16,351 nt of DNA from Myxococcota bacterium (GCA_036229005.1 JAZAMN010000038.1:1-16351); one strand, 5' to 3'. Positions 1 to 8,196 are shown, counted from the stretch's first letter. Numbers and translations are program-made. The notes: generated by a model from the letters alone, not told the origin.

Positions 1-34
1 TGCTGAGTGCGGTCAAATCTTCTACGTCGGCCAT
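1..34 (-). CDS. Probable 5' end of a minus-strand gene running off the window (MADVEDLTALS...)
   Basis: ATG at 34-32, open frame to the window edge, GGAGA Shine-Dalgarno-like site at 49-45 (10 nt spacing). Only 11 codons are visible. Confidence 0.45.
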   Translation of the reverse strand, partial: MADVEDLTALS

Positions 35-60
35 GAGCGGTGGGTCTCCAGGTTGTTGTT

Positions 61-74
61 GTTGACAAGTCAAC
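61..74. promoter_or_regulatory. Interrupted palindrome GTTGAC-AA-GTCAAC, candidate operator
   Basis: Perfect 6-2-6 dyad in a locally AT-richer patch, 26 nt upstream of the putative ATG at 34. Contains TTGACA (+) and TTGACT (-). Confidence 0.35.
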
Positions 75-215
75 GTCTATGGAGAACCCCACCGCCTCTT
101 CAACCTGAGGGGGCTGCTACACCACTTCCTGGGACGCTACCTTCCGCGACCTGCACTTCGCCTCCATTTGCCACCGAGGCCCAAGGGCCTCTCTCCCCTT
201 TGGGTCGGGCAAATG

Positions 216-254
216 AAGGCGCAATGCAGCCCGAGGGGCCGACACGCTCCATGG
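216..254. repeat. 39-bp perfect direct repeat, copy 1
   Basis: AAGGCGCAATGCAGCCCGAGGGGCCGACACGCTCCATGG, identical to 476-514. Confidence 0.95.
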
Positions 255-475
255 GCCTCAAGGGCTGAGGGCGGGCGGGACCCTGGCTGGGGTTCTTCGC
301 CAAGGCCCCCTGGATTCGCAGGCCGGCGCGCCCGCTCCAGCGGGAGACCTGTCGCGCCGGCCGCGAAGCCGCGAGGGCCATGCTTGGCCCGAGCCGGGGC
401 TCCCCCGGGGAGTCCCGCTGAGGGGGTGTGTGGGCCGTGCCCCCACAGGGCGGTGGAGTTCGCTTGCGAACTCCC

Positions 476-514
476 AAGGCGCAATGCAGCCCGAGGGGCC
501 GACACGCTCCATGG
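476..514. repeat. 39-bp perfect direct repeat, copy 2
   Basis: Identical to 216-254. Immediately preceded by the hairpin GGAGTTCG-CTTG-CGAACTCC (455-474). Confidence 0.95.
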
Positions 515-580
515 TTGGGGGTGGCTGGGGGCGAATGGGGCAAGTCGGCTGCCTCAGCGCTTGAACTCGGCAGAGGGTCA

Positions 581-663
581 TCGCCGGTCGCCGGTTGCCG
601 GTCGCCGGTCGCCGTAGCCACCCCGATACCCGATACCCGATACCCGATACCTGAACCCCGACC
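581..663. repeat. Two adjacent heptamer tandem arrays: (TCGCCGG)x5 and (CCCGATA)x4 plus degenerate units
   Basis: TCGCCGG-type units at 581-615 (two variant units). CCCGATA units at 622-649, followed by CCTGAAC and CCCGACC. Confidence 0.9.
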
Positions 664-743
664 CCCAATCGTGATCGCCTGGGCGCTCACCGGTCCAGGT
701 TGTACCTTGGTGCACCCACCGCCTCTGAACCCCCCGGAGTCCC

Positions 744-2912
744 ATGCTCCCCGTCCTGCTCCTGGCTCTCGGCGCCCAGGCCGCTGAGCCCCACTACAGC
801 TACCCCAAGCTCGTGACGGCCAACGGCTACGGCGTCGCGGTGTTCAACGCGTCGGGGGCGTCGGGCGCGGTGGTGGAGCTGTTCTCGGATCACCTCTACC
901 AGCAGTACAGCCCCGAGTCCGCGCCCACGCGCGATCTCATGTACGACAGCTACTTCGGCCTGCGCACGGACAGCCAGCACGGGTGGCTCACCGAGGCCAG
1001 CGACTGGGGGATGCTCACGGGCTCCAACGTGATGTGGATGGACCGCAGCCAGGGAGACCTGGCGGTCACCGAGTACGCCTTCGCGCCGATGGACTTCGAG
1101 GCACCAGTGCTGGTGCAGCTCCTGCGGATCGAGAACACGGGCGCCAGCGCGCAGTCCCTGAGCGCCTACTCACTGCACAACCTGCACGTGGGCGACGACA
1201 GCAACGAGAACGAGTACATCCAGCCGCGCGACGGCGGGCTCTACGTGGGCGGGCAGAACAGCTCGCTGGGATTCGACATGGTCCCGCTCGTGGCGCCGAG
1301 CCGCACGGACTGCACGCCCAACAACCCCTGGTACGCGGTGGGAGAGGGCTGGGACCTGGACCAGTGCTCTGGGTCCAACGGCGATGACCGCGTGGGCGCC
1401 ATGCAGTGGGATGTGGAGCTGGGCGCCGGCGAGGTGACCTGGGTGGGCGTCGTGTTGGCCTTCTCCAGCGGGTGGGGCGACCAGACGGACGAGGTGTCCT
1501 CGTTTGTGGGCGGGCGCGCTCCAGAGGCGCTGCTGGCCGATGAGCAGCAGTGGTGGGCCGACTGGCAGGCAGAGGGCGAGATCCCCTCGACCCTGAGCGA
1601 AGAAGAGAAGGAGGTCTACCTGCAGGCCCTGGCCTTCCTCAAGATGGGGCAGGTGCGGGAGGAGGGCGACGCCTACGGGCAGGTGCTCGCGAGCCTGCCG
1701 CTGTCCGCGCCGGTGGGCAACTTCCAGCACATCTGGAACATCGCCTGGGTGCGCGATGGGGCCTACGGGATCCGCGGGCTGTCGCGCTCCGGTCACCACG
1801 AGGAGGCCCGCGCGGCCCTGGCCTTCCAGGTGCAGGAGGGCAAGACGGGGGAGTGGCGCAGCTACGTGGCGGGCATGGACCACGCCCTGAGCGTGTGTCG
1901 CATCTACGGGAACGGGCAGGAGTGGACGGACGTCGACCAGGACGGGCCGAACATCGAGTACGACAACTTCGGGCTCTACCTGTGGGCGGCGGGGATGTAC
2001 GTGCAGGAGTCCGGGGACACTGACTTTGTGGTGGAGCACCAGGCGGCGCTGTTCGACCGCACCGCGGACGTGCTGGTGCGCCTGATCGAGCCCGAGACGG
2101 GTCTGCTGGCGCCGGACTCCTCGATCTGGGAGGAGCACTGGAACGGACACCAGAAGCACTTCACCTACTCGTCCCTCTGGGGCGTGCGCGGGCTGCGGGA
2201 GGCCGCGAACATGGCTGAGGCCATCGGGGAGACCGAGAAGGCCGCGGAGTACCGCGCAGAGGCGGACGGGCTGGCGACGGCCATCGCCGAGCAGCTCGTG
2301 AACCAGGACGGCGTGCTGATGGGCAACCTGGAGGAGTACCAGGACGGCGCCCCCGCGCTGGACCTGGCCGCGGTGGACGCCTTCAACAACGGGACCCTGG
2401 ACCCGCGCAGCGCGGAGTTCGCCAGCAGCTACGCGGCCTGGAACGACGGCCTGCGGGTGCCCCACGGCAAGGGCTTCGCGCGGAACGACGACGGGGACCT
2501 CTACGACTCCCACGAGTGGCTGATGATCGACCTGCGCGTGGCCGAGGCGCTGCGGCGGGCCTGCCGGGAGGACGAGGCCGCGGAGCTCGAGGACTGGATC
2601 ACCGCCCAGGCCCAGCAGAACAAGCTGATCGTGCCGGAGCTCTTTGACCCGGACAACGCCGACTACGCCGGGCCGGCCCCCATGATGGGCTTCGGCTCGG
2701 GACTCTACGTGCTGCAGATGCACACCCGCCAGGACCTGAGCGGGGAGTGCGGGAGCTGGGACACCGCGGGGGACGACACGGGCGGCCCCTACGTCACCCA
2801 GCCCGCCTGCGGCTGTGCAAGCAAGCGCTCGGGGGCCCCGGTGGGGGCGGCTCTGGGCATGGGACTGGCCGCCTTGATGGTGCTGTCCCGGAGGAAGAAC
2901 ACATGGGCCTGA
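744..2912 (+). CDS. Secreted GH15-family glucoamylase-like hydrolase with a C-terminal MYXO-CTERM-like sorting signal
   Basis: 722 aa with strong GC3 bias and a GGAG RBS. Signal peptide MLPVLLLALGAQA. GH15 motifs AWVRDG, DSSIWEE (catalytic acid region) and VPEL (base region). C-terminal ACGCAS + hydrophobic helix + RRK. Confidence 0.85.
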   Translation: MLPVLLLALGAQAAEPHYSYPKLVTANGYGVAVFNASGASGAVVELFSDHLYQQYSPESAPTRDLMYDSYFGLRTDSQHGWLTEASDWGMLTGSNVMWMDRSQGDLAVTEYAFAPMDFEAPVLVQLLRIENTGASAQSLSAYSLHNLHVGDDSNENEYIQPRDGGLYVGGQNSSLGFDMVPLVAPSRTDCTPNNPWYAVGEGWDLDQCSGSNGDDRVGAMQWDVELGAGEVTWVGVVLAFSSGWGDQTDEVSSFVGGRAPEALLADEQQWWADWQAEGEIPSTLSEEEKEVYLQALAFLKMGQVREEGDAYGQVLASLPLSAPVGNFQHIWNIAWVRDGAYGIRGLSRSGHHEEARAALAFQVQEGKTGEWRSYVAGMDHALSVCRIYGNGQEWTDVDQDGPNIEYDNFGLYLWAAGMYVQESGDTDFVVEHQAALFDRTADVLVRLIEPETGLLAPDSSIWEEHWNGHQKHFTYSSLWGVRGLREAANMAEAIGETEKAAEYRAEADGLATAIAEQLVNQDGVLMGNLEEYQDGAPALDLAAVDAFNNGTLDPRSAEFASSYAAWNDGLRVPHGKGFARNDDGDLYDSHEWLMIDLRVAEALRRACREDEAAELEDWITAQAQQNKLIVPELFDPDNADYAGPAPMMGFGSGLYVLQMHTRQDLSGECGSWDTAGDDTGGPYVTQPACGCASKRSGAPVGAALGMGLAALMVLSRRKNTWA

Positions 2913-4744
2913 GCGCATCCCTTCTCACCCTGCTCTCCTGCGTGGACCCCGGCGCGTACGCCGAGGACCCGGTGCTGGAGACCCACGTGGACGACTGGCG
3001 CGACGAGGTCATCTACCAGATCCTGGTCGACCGCTTCGCCAACGGCGACGTCAACAACGACTACAACGTCACCGAGAACCCCGAGGTGCTCGCCCGCTAC
3101 ATGGGCGGCGACTACCAGGGCGTCATCGACAACGTGGACTACCTGAACGCGCTGGGTGTGACCGCGGTCTGGATCTCGCCGGTGGTCGTCAACGTCGAAG
3201 AGGACGCCGGCGTCGCCAGCTACCACGGCTACTGGACCCAGGACTTCACCGGGGTGAACCCGCACTTTGGCGATCTGGTCAAGCTGCGCGAGATGGTCGA
3301 TGTGCTGCACGACAACGGCATCGTCGTCATCCTGGACATCGTCGTGAACCACGTGGGGCAGCTCTTCTACTACGACATCAACCGCAACGGGCAGGCGGAC
3401 TCCACGGTCTACGGCTCGGGCGCGGACGGCGACGCCCTGGAGATCATCTCCGAGTGGGACCCGGCCTACGACTCCCGGCGGGTGCAGGGCTGGACCTCCC
3501 TGGGCGAGAGCGGGGACGCGCCCCTGAACTGGGTCTACATGCCGGAGCTCAACCGCATGCCCCCGGAGCCCGCCGAGTTCCACAACGACGACTGGTACAA
3601 CCGCCGCGGGCGCGTGACCGACTGGAGCCAGCGCGACCAGGTGGAGAAGGGGGACTTCCCCGGCGGCCTCAAGGACCTGGACACCACCAACCCGGCGGTG
3701 CAGCAGGCGCTGATCGACGTGTTCTCCTACTGGATCACGGCGACCGACATCGACGGCTTCCGCATCGACACCCTCAAGCACGTCGAGAACGACTTCTGGA
3801 ACACCTTCGCCCCGGCCATCCGGCAGAACGCCGCGGCGGCGGGCAAGGACCGTTTCCTGATGTTCGGCGAGGCCTTCGACGGCAGCGACGCGCTGATCGG
3901 CAGCTACACCTGCGACACCGTCTCGGACAACCTGGGCAAGTACCCGGACGAGAGCAGCGACGGGCAGTACGTGGGCTGCAGCCACCAGGACCACAGCGGC
4001 GGCGAGAGCTACCAGGGCGTGGACTCGGTGTTCTACTTCTCGCAGAAGTTCCAGGTCTACGACGACGTCTTCAAGTACGGCGGCGCGACCTCCAAGATCG
4101 AGGCCCTGGTCGCCGCCCGCGAGCAGAACTACGGCAGCGAGCCAAAGGAGCGCGGCGCCGGTCACGCCCCCCGGGACATCCTGGTCAACTTCATCGACAA
4201 CCACGACATCCCGCGCTTTCTGTACGACCAACCCAGCGTGCCGGCCCTCAAGAACGCGCTCTTCTTCCTGCTGACCCAGGACGGCATCCCGTGCATCTAC
4301 TACGGGACCGAGCAGGGCTTCCACGGCGGCAACGACCCGGCCAACCGCGAGCCCCTGTGGGAGAGCGGCTTCGACCAGAACGGGGACCTCTTCGTCCACA
4401 CCCAGAGCCTGATCGCGCTGCGAAAGGAGCTGGAGCCGCTGAGGCGAGGGGACTTCAACACCCGCTGGGCATCCGACCGCACCGCCTCGGAGGAGGACGC
4501 CGGCATCTACGCCTTTGAGCGCGCGACCGACAGCGAGGTCGTGCTGGTCGTGCTCAACGTCAACGACGACCAGACCTCCCACACCGGCTGGCAGGGCGCG
4601 GGCATGCCCGTGAGCTTCGCGCCGGGGACCACCCTGGTCGAGGTCTGGCCCACAGACAGCCAGCGCACCTTCACCGTGGGCAGCGACAGCACCGTCATCG
4701 TGGACGTCGGGCCCCGCGGCGGCAGCGTCCTGGTCGCCCAGTAG
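2903..4744 (+). CDS. GH13 alpha-amylase family glycoside hydrolase, probable lipoprotein
   Basis: Start placed at ATG 2903 (GGAGG at 2890-2894; overlaps the GH15 gene by 10 nt). Lipobox-like LLS-C. GH13 conserved regions DIVVNH, DGFRIDTLKH, FGEAF and FIDNHD, plus IYQILVDRF, YHGYW and GIPCIYYGTEQG. Confidence 0.92.
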   Translation: MGLSASLLTLLSCVDPGAYAEDPVLETHVDDWRDEVIYQILVDRFANGDVNNDYNVTENPEVLARYMGGDYQGVIDNVDYLNALGVTAVWISPVVVNVEEDAGVASYHGYWTQDFTGVNPHFGDLVKLREMVDVLHDNGIVVILDIVVNHVGQLFYYDINRNGQADSTVYGSGADGDALEIISEWDPAYDSRRVQGWTSLGESGDAPLNWVYMPELNRMPPEPAEFHNDDWYNRRGRVTDWSQRDQVEKGDFPGGLKDLDTTNPAVQQALIDVFSYWITATDIDGFRIDTLKHVENDFWNTFAPAIRQNAAAAGKDRFLMFGEAFDGSDALIGSYTCDTVSDNLGKYPDESSDGQYVGCSHQDHSGGESYQGVDSVFYFSQKFQVYDDVFKYGGATSKIEALVAAREQNYGSEPKERGAGHAPRDILVNFIDNHDIPRFLYDQPSVPALKNALFFLLTQDGIPCIYYGTEQGFHGGNDPANREPLWESGFDQNGDLFVHTQSLIALRKELEPLRRGDFNTRWASDRTASEEDAGIYAFERATDSEVVLVVLNVNDDQTSHTGWQGAGMPVSFAPGTTLVEVWPTDSQRTFTVGSDSTVIVDVGPRGGSVLVAQ

Positions 4745-4774
4745 GGCAGCGCCAGGTCTACTGGGGCGCTGTCT
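4744..4774. terminator. GC-rich stem between convergent stop codons, possible terminator
   Basis: GGCAGCGCC ... GGCGCTGTC arms span the 13-bp gap between the convergent genes. No U-tract. Confidence 0.25.
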
Positions 4775-7700
4775 CGACCGCGCCCCGGGGCGCGGGGTTG
4801 AAGCCCTCCGGCCACACCGTGGACTCGTTCCAGAGGGCCCCCTTGAGGCGGGCGCCCTCCAGGTGGGCGTCCCGCAGGTTGGCTCCGCGCAGGTCTGCGT
4901 CCCGCAGGTCGGCGCCCGTGAAGAAGGTCATCGCCAGCTCCGCGTTCCGCAGGTCGGCGCCCCGCAGGTTGGCCCCGTCAAAGTGGGCGCGGCGGGCCTT
5001 GATGGTGCGCAGGTTGGCGTTGCGCAGGTCGGCCTCGTCCAGGTGGGCCTCGCGCAGGGAGACCCCCTGGAGGGTCACCCCCTGGGCGTCCAGCCGCTGG
5101 AGCTGGCTCTTGTCCATCACCGTGCCGTTTGCGAAGGTGGCGCCCTCGAAGTTGGCCTCCATGAAGCCCATGCGCTCCATGCTCATGCGCCGCGTGAACT
5201 CCCGGCCGGAGAGGTCCACCCCGTCCGCGTGGCCGGTGGGCCCGAAGGCGCCGTGGGGCGGCATCCCGGGCCAGACGGTGTTCTCGTCGAAGGTCGCGGC
5301 CAGCCAGTGGGCCTGGGACACGTCGCAGCCGGAGAAGTCGGCCATGCGGAGCTGCGCGCCCTCGAAGTGGGCGCCCTCCAGTTTGGCCTGGCTCAGGTTG
5401 GCCGCGAGCAGGCTGGCCCCGCGCAGGTCCGCGCCCTCCAGGCGGGCGTAGGACAGGTCGGCCTGCTCCAGGTCCGCGCCCACGAGCTGCGCGAAGCGGA
5501 GATCCGCGCTCTGGAGCTGCGCGCCCAGGAAGAAGGGCTGGTCCACCTGGAGGTCCAGCAGGTTGGTGCCCCCCAGGCGCGCCCGCTCGCTGTGCAGGGC
5601 CGAGCGCGCGTGGGCCCGCAGGGTGTCGATGGTGTGGAAGTTCTCCGGGAGCTGGCCCACCACGACGCCCAGCATCAAGAAGGCCACCGGCATCGCGCCG
5701 ATCATCAGCTTGCGCTGGGTGCTGCGGCGGCGGGTCAGGAGCTGCTGCTCCAGCCAGCTATCGTTGTGGAGCTCGCGGGAGCGCCGCAGGAACTCCTCCT
5801 CGGCCTCCGTGCGCAGCACCAGGGAGTCGGCGTGGCGCTGGACCACGTCAAAGAACTCCACCGGGAGCAGCTCTTCGTCCCGCTGGCCGCCCCGCAGCCA
5901 CAGGTCGAAGCTGAGCTGGAAGCGGTGCCGCGCCGCGTTGCGCTCGCCGCTCTCCTCGCCGTACTGCTGGATCCGCTGGATCAGGGCCTCGTGGGCGATG
6001 CGGTAGCTGCGCTCCCCCGGGTAGCGGGGGTCGGTGAAGCCCTGGATCAGGCGCCAGCGGTTCTCGAGCTGCCGCAGCACCCGCTTGCGCGCGCTCACGT
6101 CCTGGACCCCGCGCAGCAGCTCGGACTCGGGGGCTGGCCGGGAGGTCGCGGAGCCGGGCAGGTGGGTGAGGGCCCGCAGGATCTCCTTGGCCTGGTTGCC
6201 GGCGGCGTCCTCCAGCCCCGCGATGGCCTCGTCGAGGATGCGGGCCAGGATGCCCCGAGCGCCCCCCAGCCCCTGGCGGTAGTGCGCACGGGTGATGCGC
6301 ACCGGGGTCTGGTCCTTCGCCAGCTCCCAGAGGCGCGAGCCCACGGCCTGGATGCGCGGCGCGACCTCTCCGGCGGGGTCGGCCAGCAGGTCGTCCACGA
6401 TCTCGTCCAGCAGGCCGTCCTCGAAGGAGAAGGGGGCGTAGTCCACCGCGAGCCCCGGGCGACCCGGACCCGACAGGGCCTCCAGGATGTCCCCGCGCGC
6501 CAGCGGCCGCAGCGGCATGGTGCGGAAGAGCTCGTCCAGCGGCAGGTCGTCCAGGGTGCGGAGCAGGGCGCCCAGGTAGTCCTCGCGCAGGCTGAACAGC
6601 ACGCGGGTGTCCGAGCGGGTGCGCAGCAGCAGGTGCAGGCCCTCCGCGAACGCGCGCTGCTGCTCCCCGCTCCCGCCGGTGAACAGCTCCTCGAGCTGGT
6701 CCATCACCAGACAGACCGGGCGGCCGAGCTGCAGGGAGAGCGTGTCCAGGATCTCGGCCATGGGCTGGTTGGGCGCGCTCGCGGTGCTGCGGGAGAGCAG
6801 GCGGCGGGCCTGGGCGCGCAGGTCGCTGAGGGGGGCCTGGCCGCCCCGGACCACCAGCAGCTCGTGCTCGAGCTGCGCCAGCGCCGGCACGATGCGCGCA
6901 TACAGGAAGGAGGTCTTTCCAACACCCGAGCGCCCGGTGATGGCCACCACTGGCGGCCGGTCCGGGTGCTGCCAGATCTCCAGGAAGCGCCGGCTGTCCC
7001 CATCCCGCCCAAAGAAGAGCTCCGAGGTGCTCTCCGAGAAGGGCGCCAGGAAGCGGAAGGGCTCGGTGGGGCGCTGGAGGCTGCGGGTGCGGCTGGCCTG
7101 CGCGGTGGGGCGCCGCTGGAGCGCGGTCAGGGTCGCGATGACCTCGGCCCAGTCGCGCGGGCGCTGGTCCGGATCCTTGGCCAGCAGCCGGTAGACCAGC
7201 TCGACCAGATCCCCGGGGCAGTCGCTGACCAGGGCGCCCAGGGGCGGCGGCTCCTTGTGGACGTGCGCCTGCAGGTAGTCCTGGACGCTCTCCTCCTCGA
7301 AGGGGGCGCGGCCCGCCAGCATCTCGTAGAGCACGCAGCCGAAGGCGTAGAGATCCGCCCGGTGGTCCACCTTCCAGCACAGCGCCTGCTCGGGGCTCAT
7401 GTACCGCGGGGTCCCCACCAACGCGCCCGGGCTGGTCAAGCGCGCCGGCGACAGCTCCAGGGGTTCGGGGGCGGCGGTCGGGTCGGACATGCCCTGAGGG
7501 GTCTCCGCGGTGGGGACGTCCTGGGAGCTCCCGTGCCACGACACCCCATCCCAGGTCTGGTCGGCCAGGGGACCGGGCGGCGGCGTCAGCGTGTCCTGGC
7601 TGGTGTGGCCCAGCGGCAGGCGCTCCACCGAGTTGCGCAGCGCCTCCGGGATCGAGGCCCGGTCGGGGAACGCGCTCCCCTCCGTCAACGCCTGGTCCTG

Positions 7701-8177
7701 CAGGAAGGCCAGACCGAAGTCCAGGATCTTCACCCGCTCGTCCGGCGGCTCGCCCAGCACCGTGATGTTCTCGGGCTTGAGGTCGCGGTGCACCAGCCCC
7801 ACGCCCTGTCCGGCCCCCATGCCCCGCGCCACCTGCAGGCCCAGGTCCACCGCCCGCTGGGGACGCAGAGGGCCCTCGCGCCGCATGAGCTGGGCCAGGG
7901 TGACGCCCTCCAGCAGCTCCATCACCAGGAAGCGCTGGCCGCTGGGCGCGGTGCCCACGTCGAACACCGTCACCACGTTGGGGTGCTGCAGCCGGCAGGT
8001 GGTGCGGGCCTCCTGCTCAAAGCGCGCGACCACCTCGGGACGCACCGTCAGCTCCGGGCGCAGCAGCTTGATCGCCACCCGCCGGTCCAGGGCCTTCTGC
8101 ACGCCCTCGAAGACCTCGCCGACGCCACCACGCCCGATGCGTGCGGTCAGCTCATAGCGCTCGTCGAGGTGGATCAT
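4758..8177 (-). CDS. Hanks-type Ser/Thr kinase fused to an nSTAND1-like P-loop ATPase, one TM helix and C-terminal pentapeptide repeats (1139 aa)
   Basis: Start placed at ATG 8177 (MIHLDERY). Kinase motifs GRGGVG, VAIK, HRDLKPEN, DFG, GTPRYMSPE and DLYAFG. STAND motifs PF.FL..F...FFGR, Walker A GRSGVGKT (6935-6912), Walker B LVMDQLEE, SLREDY and IAHEAL. Hydrophobic helix at 5708-5655. A(D/N)Lxx repeats at ~5580-4830. Confidence 0.9.
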   Translation of the reverse strand: MIHLDERYELTARIGRGGVGEVFEGVQKALDRRVAIKLLRPELTVRPEVVARFEQEARTTCRLQHPNVVTVFDVGTAPSGQRFLVMELLEGVTLAQLMRREGPLRPQRAVDLGLQVARGMGAGQGVGLVHRDLKPENITVLGEPPDERVKILDFGLAFLQDQALTEGSAFPDRASIPEALRNSVERLPLGHTSQDTLTPPPGPLADQTWDGVSWHGSSQDVPTAETPQGMSDPTAAPEPLELSPARLTSPGALVGTPRYMSPEQALCWKVDHRADLYAFGCVLYEMLAGRAPFEEESVQDYLQAHVHKEPPPLGALVSDCPGDLVELVYRLLAKDPDQRPRDWAEVIATLTALQRRPTAQASRTRSLQRPTEPFRFLAPFSESTSELFFGRDGDSRRFLEIWQHPDRPPVVAITGRSGVGKTSFLYARIVPALAQLEHELLVVRGGQAPLSDLRAQARRLLSRSTASAPNQPMAEILDTLSLQLGRPVCLVMDQLEELFTGGSGEQQRAFAEGLHLLLRTRSDTRVLFSLREDYLGALLRTLDDLPLDELFRTMPLRPLARGDILEALSGPGRPGLAVDYAPFSFEDGLLDEIVDDLLADPAGEVAPRIQAVGSRLWELAKDQTPVRITRAHYRQGLGGARGILARILDEAIAGLEDAAGNQAKEILRALTHLPGSATSRPAPESELLRGVQDVSARKRVLRQLENRWRLIQGFTDPRYPGERSYRIAHEALIQRIQQYGEESGERNAARHRFQLSFDLWLRGGQRDEELLPVEFFDVVQRHADSLVLRTEAEEEFLRRSRELHNDSWLEQQLLTRRRSTQRKLMIGAMPVAFLMLGVVVGQLPENFHTIDTLRAHARSALHSERARLGGTNLLDLQVDQPFFLGAQLQSADLRFAQLVGADLEQADLSYARLEGADLRGASLLAANLSQAKLEGAHFEGAQLRMADFSGCDVSQAHWLAATFDENTVWPGMPPHGAFGPTGHADGVDLSGREFTRRMSMERMGFMEANFEGATFANGTVMDKSQLQRLDAQGVTLQGVSLREAHLDEADLRNANLRTIKARRAHFDGANLRGADLRNAELAMTFFTGADLRDADLRGANLRDAHLEGARLKGALWNESTVWPEGFNPAPRGAVETAPQ

Positions 8178-8184
8178 CAGGCAG

Positions 8185-8190
8185 AGTGTA
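8185..8190 (-). promoter_or_regulatory. Candidate -10 box TACACT for a leaderless kinase transcript
   Basis: TAnnnT hexamer ends 7 nt upstream of ATG 8177. No Shine-Dalgarno in the 19-bp divergent gap. Confidence 0.5.
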
Positions 8191-8196
8191 CCGGCG

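Larger units (their letters stand above)
151..541. other. Hairpin-dense intergenic element (REP/MITE-like repeat or structured RNA)
   Basis: Inverted repeats at 159-172/208-221 (one mismatch), 176-191, 321-330/353-362, 331-344, 375-390, 275-281/412-418 and 455-474. No credible CDS in the region. Confidence 0.5.

Noticed and set aside
216..514. 39-bp direct repeats as a CRISPR array
   Set aside because: Only two copies, separated by a 221-nt structured interval, and no cas genes in the window.
321..541. HDV-like ribozyme, suggested by GGCCGGC...GCCGGCC and GCGAATGGG
   Set aside because: I could not build the P3/L3 and P1.1 elements or a consistent P2; the matches fit simple hairpins.
53..787. 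Overlapping ORFs of 71-196 aa in the leftmost region
   Set aside because: They are Pro/Gly/Arg-rich translations of repeats and hairpins, with no codon bias or recognisable motifs.
4770..5580. Pentapeptide repeats as a Qnr/MfpA-type gyrase-protecting resistance protein
   Set aside because: They are the C-terminus of a large fusion and lie beyond a predicted TM helix, unlike stand-alone cytoplasmic Qnr/MfpA proteins.
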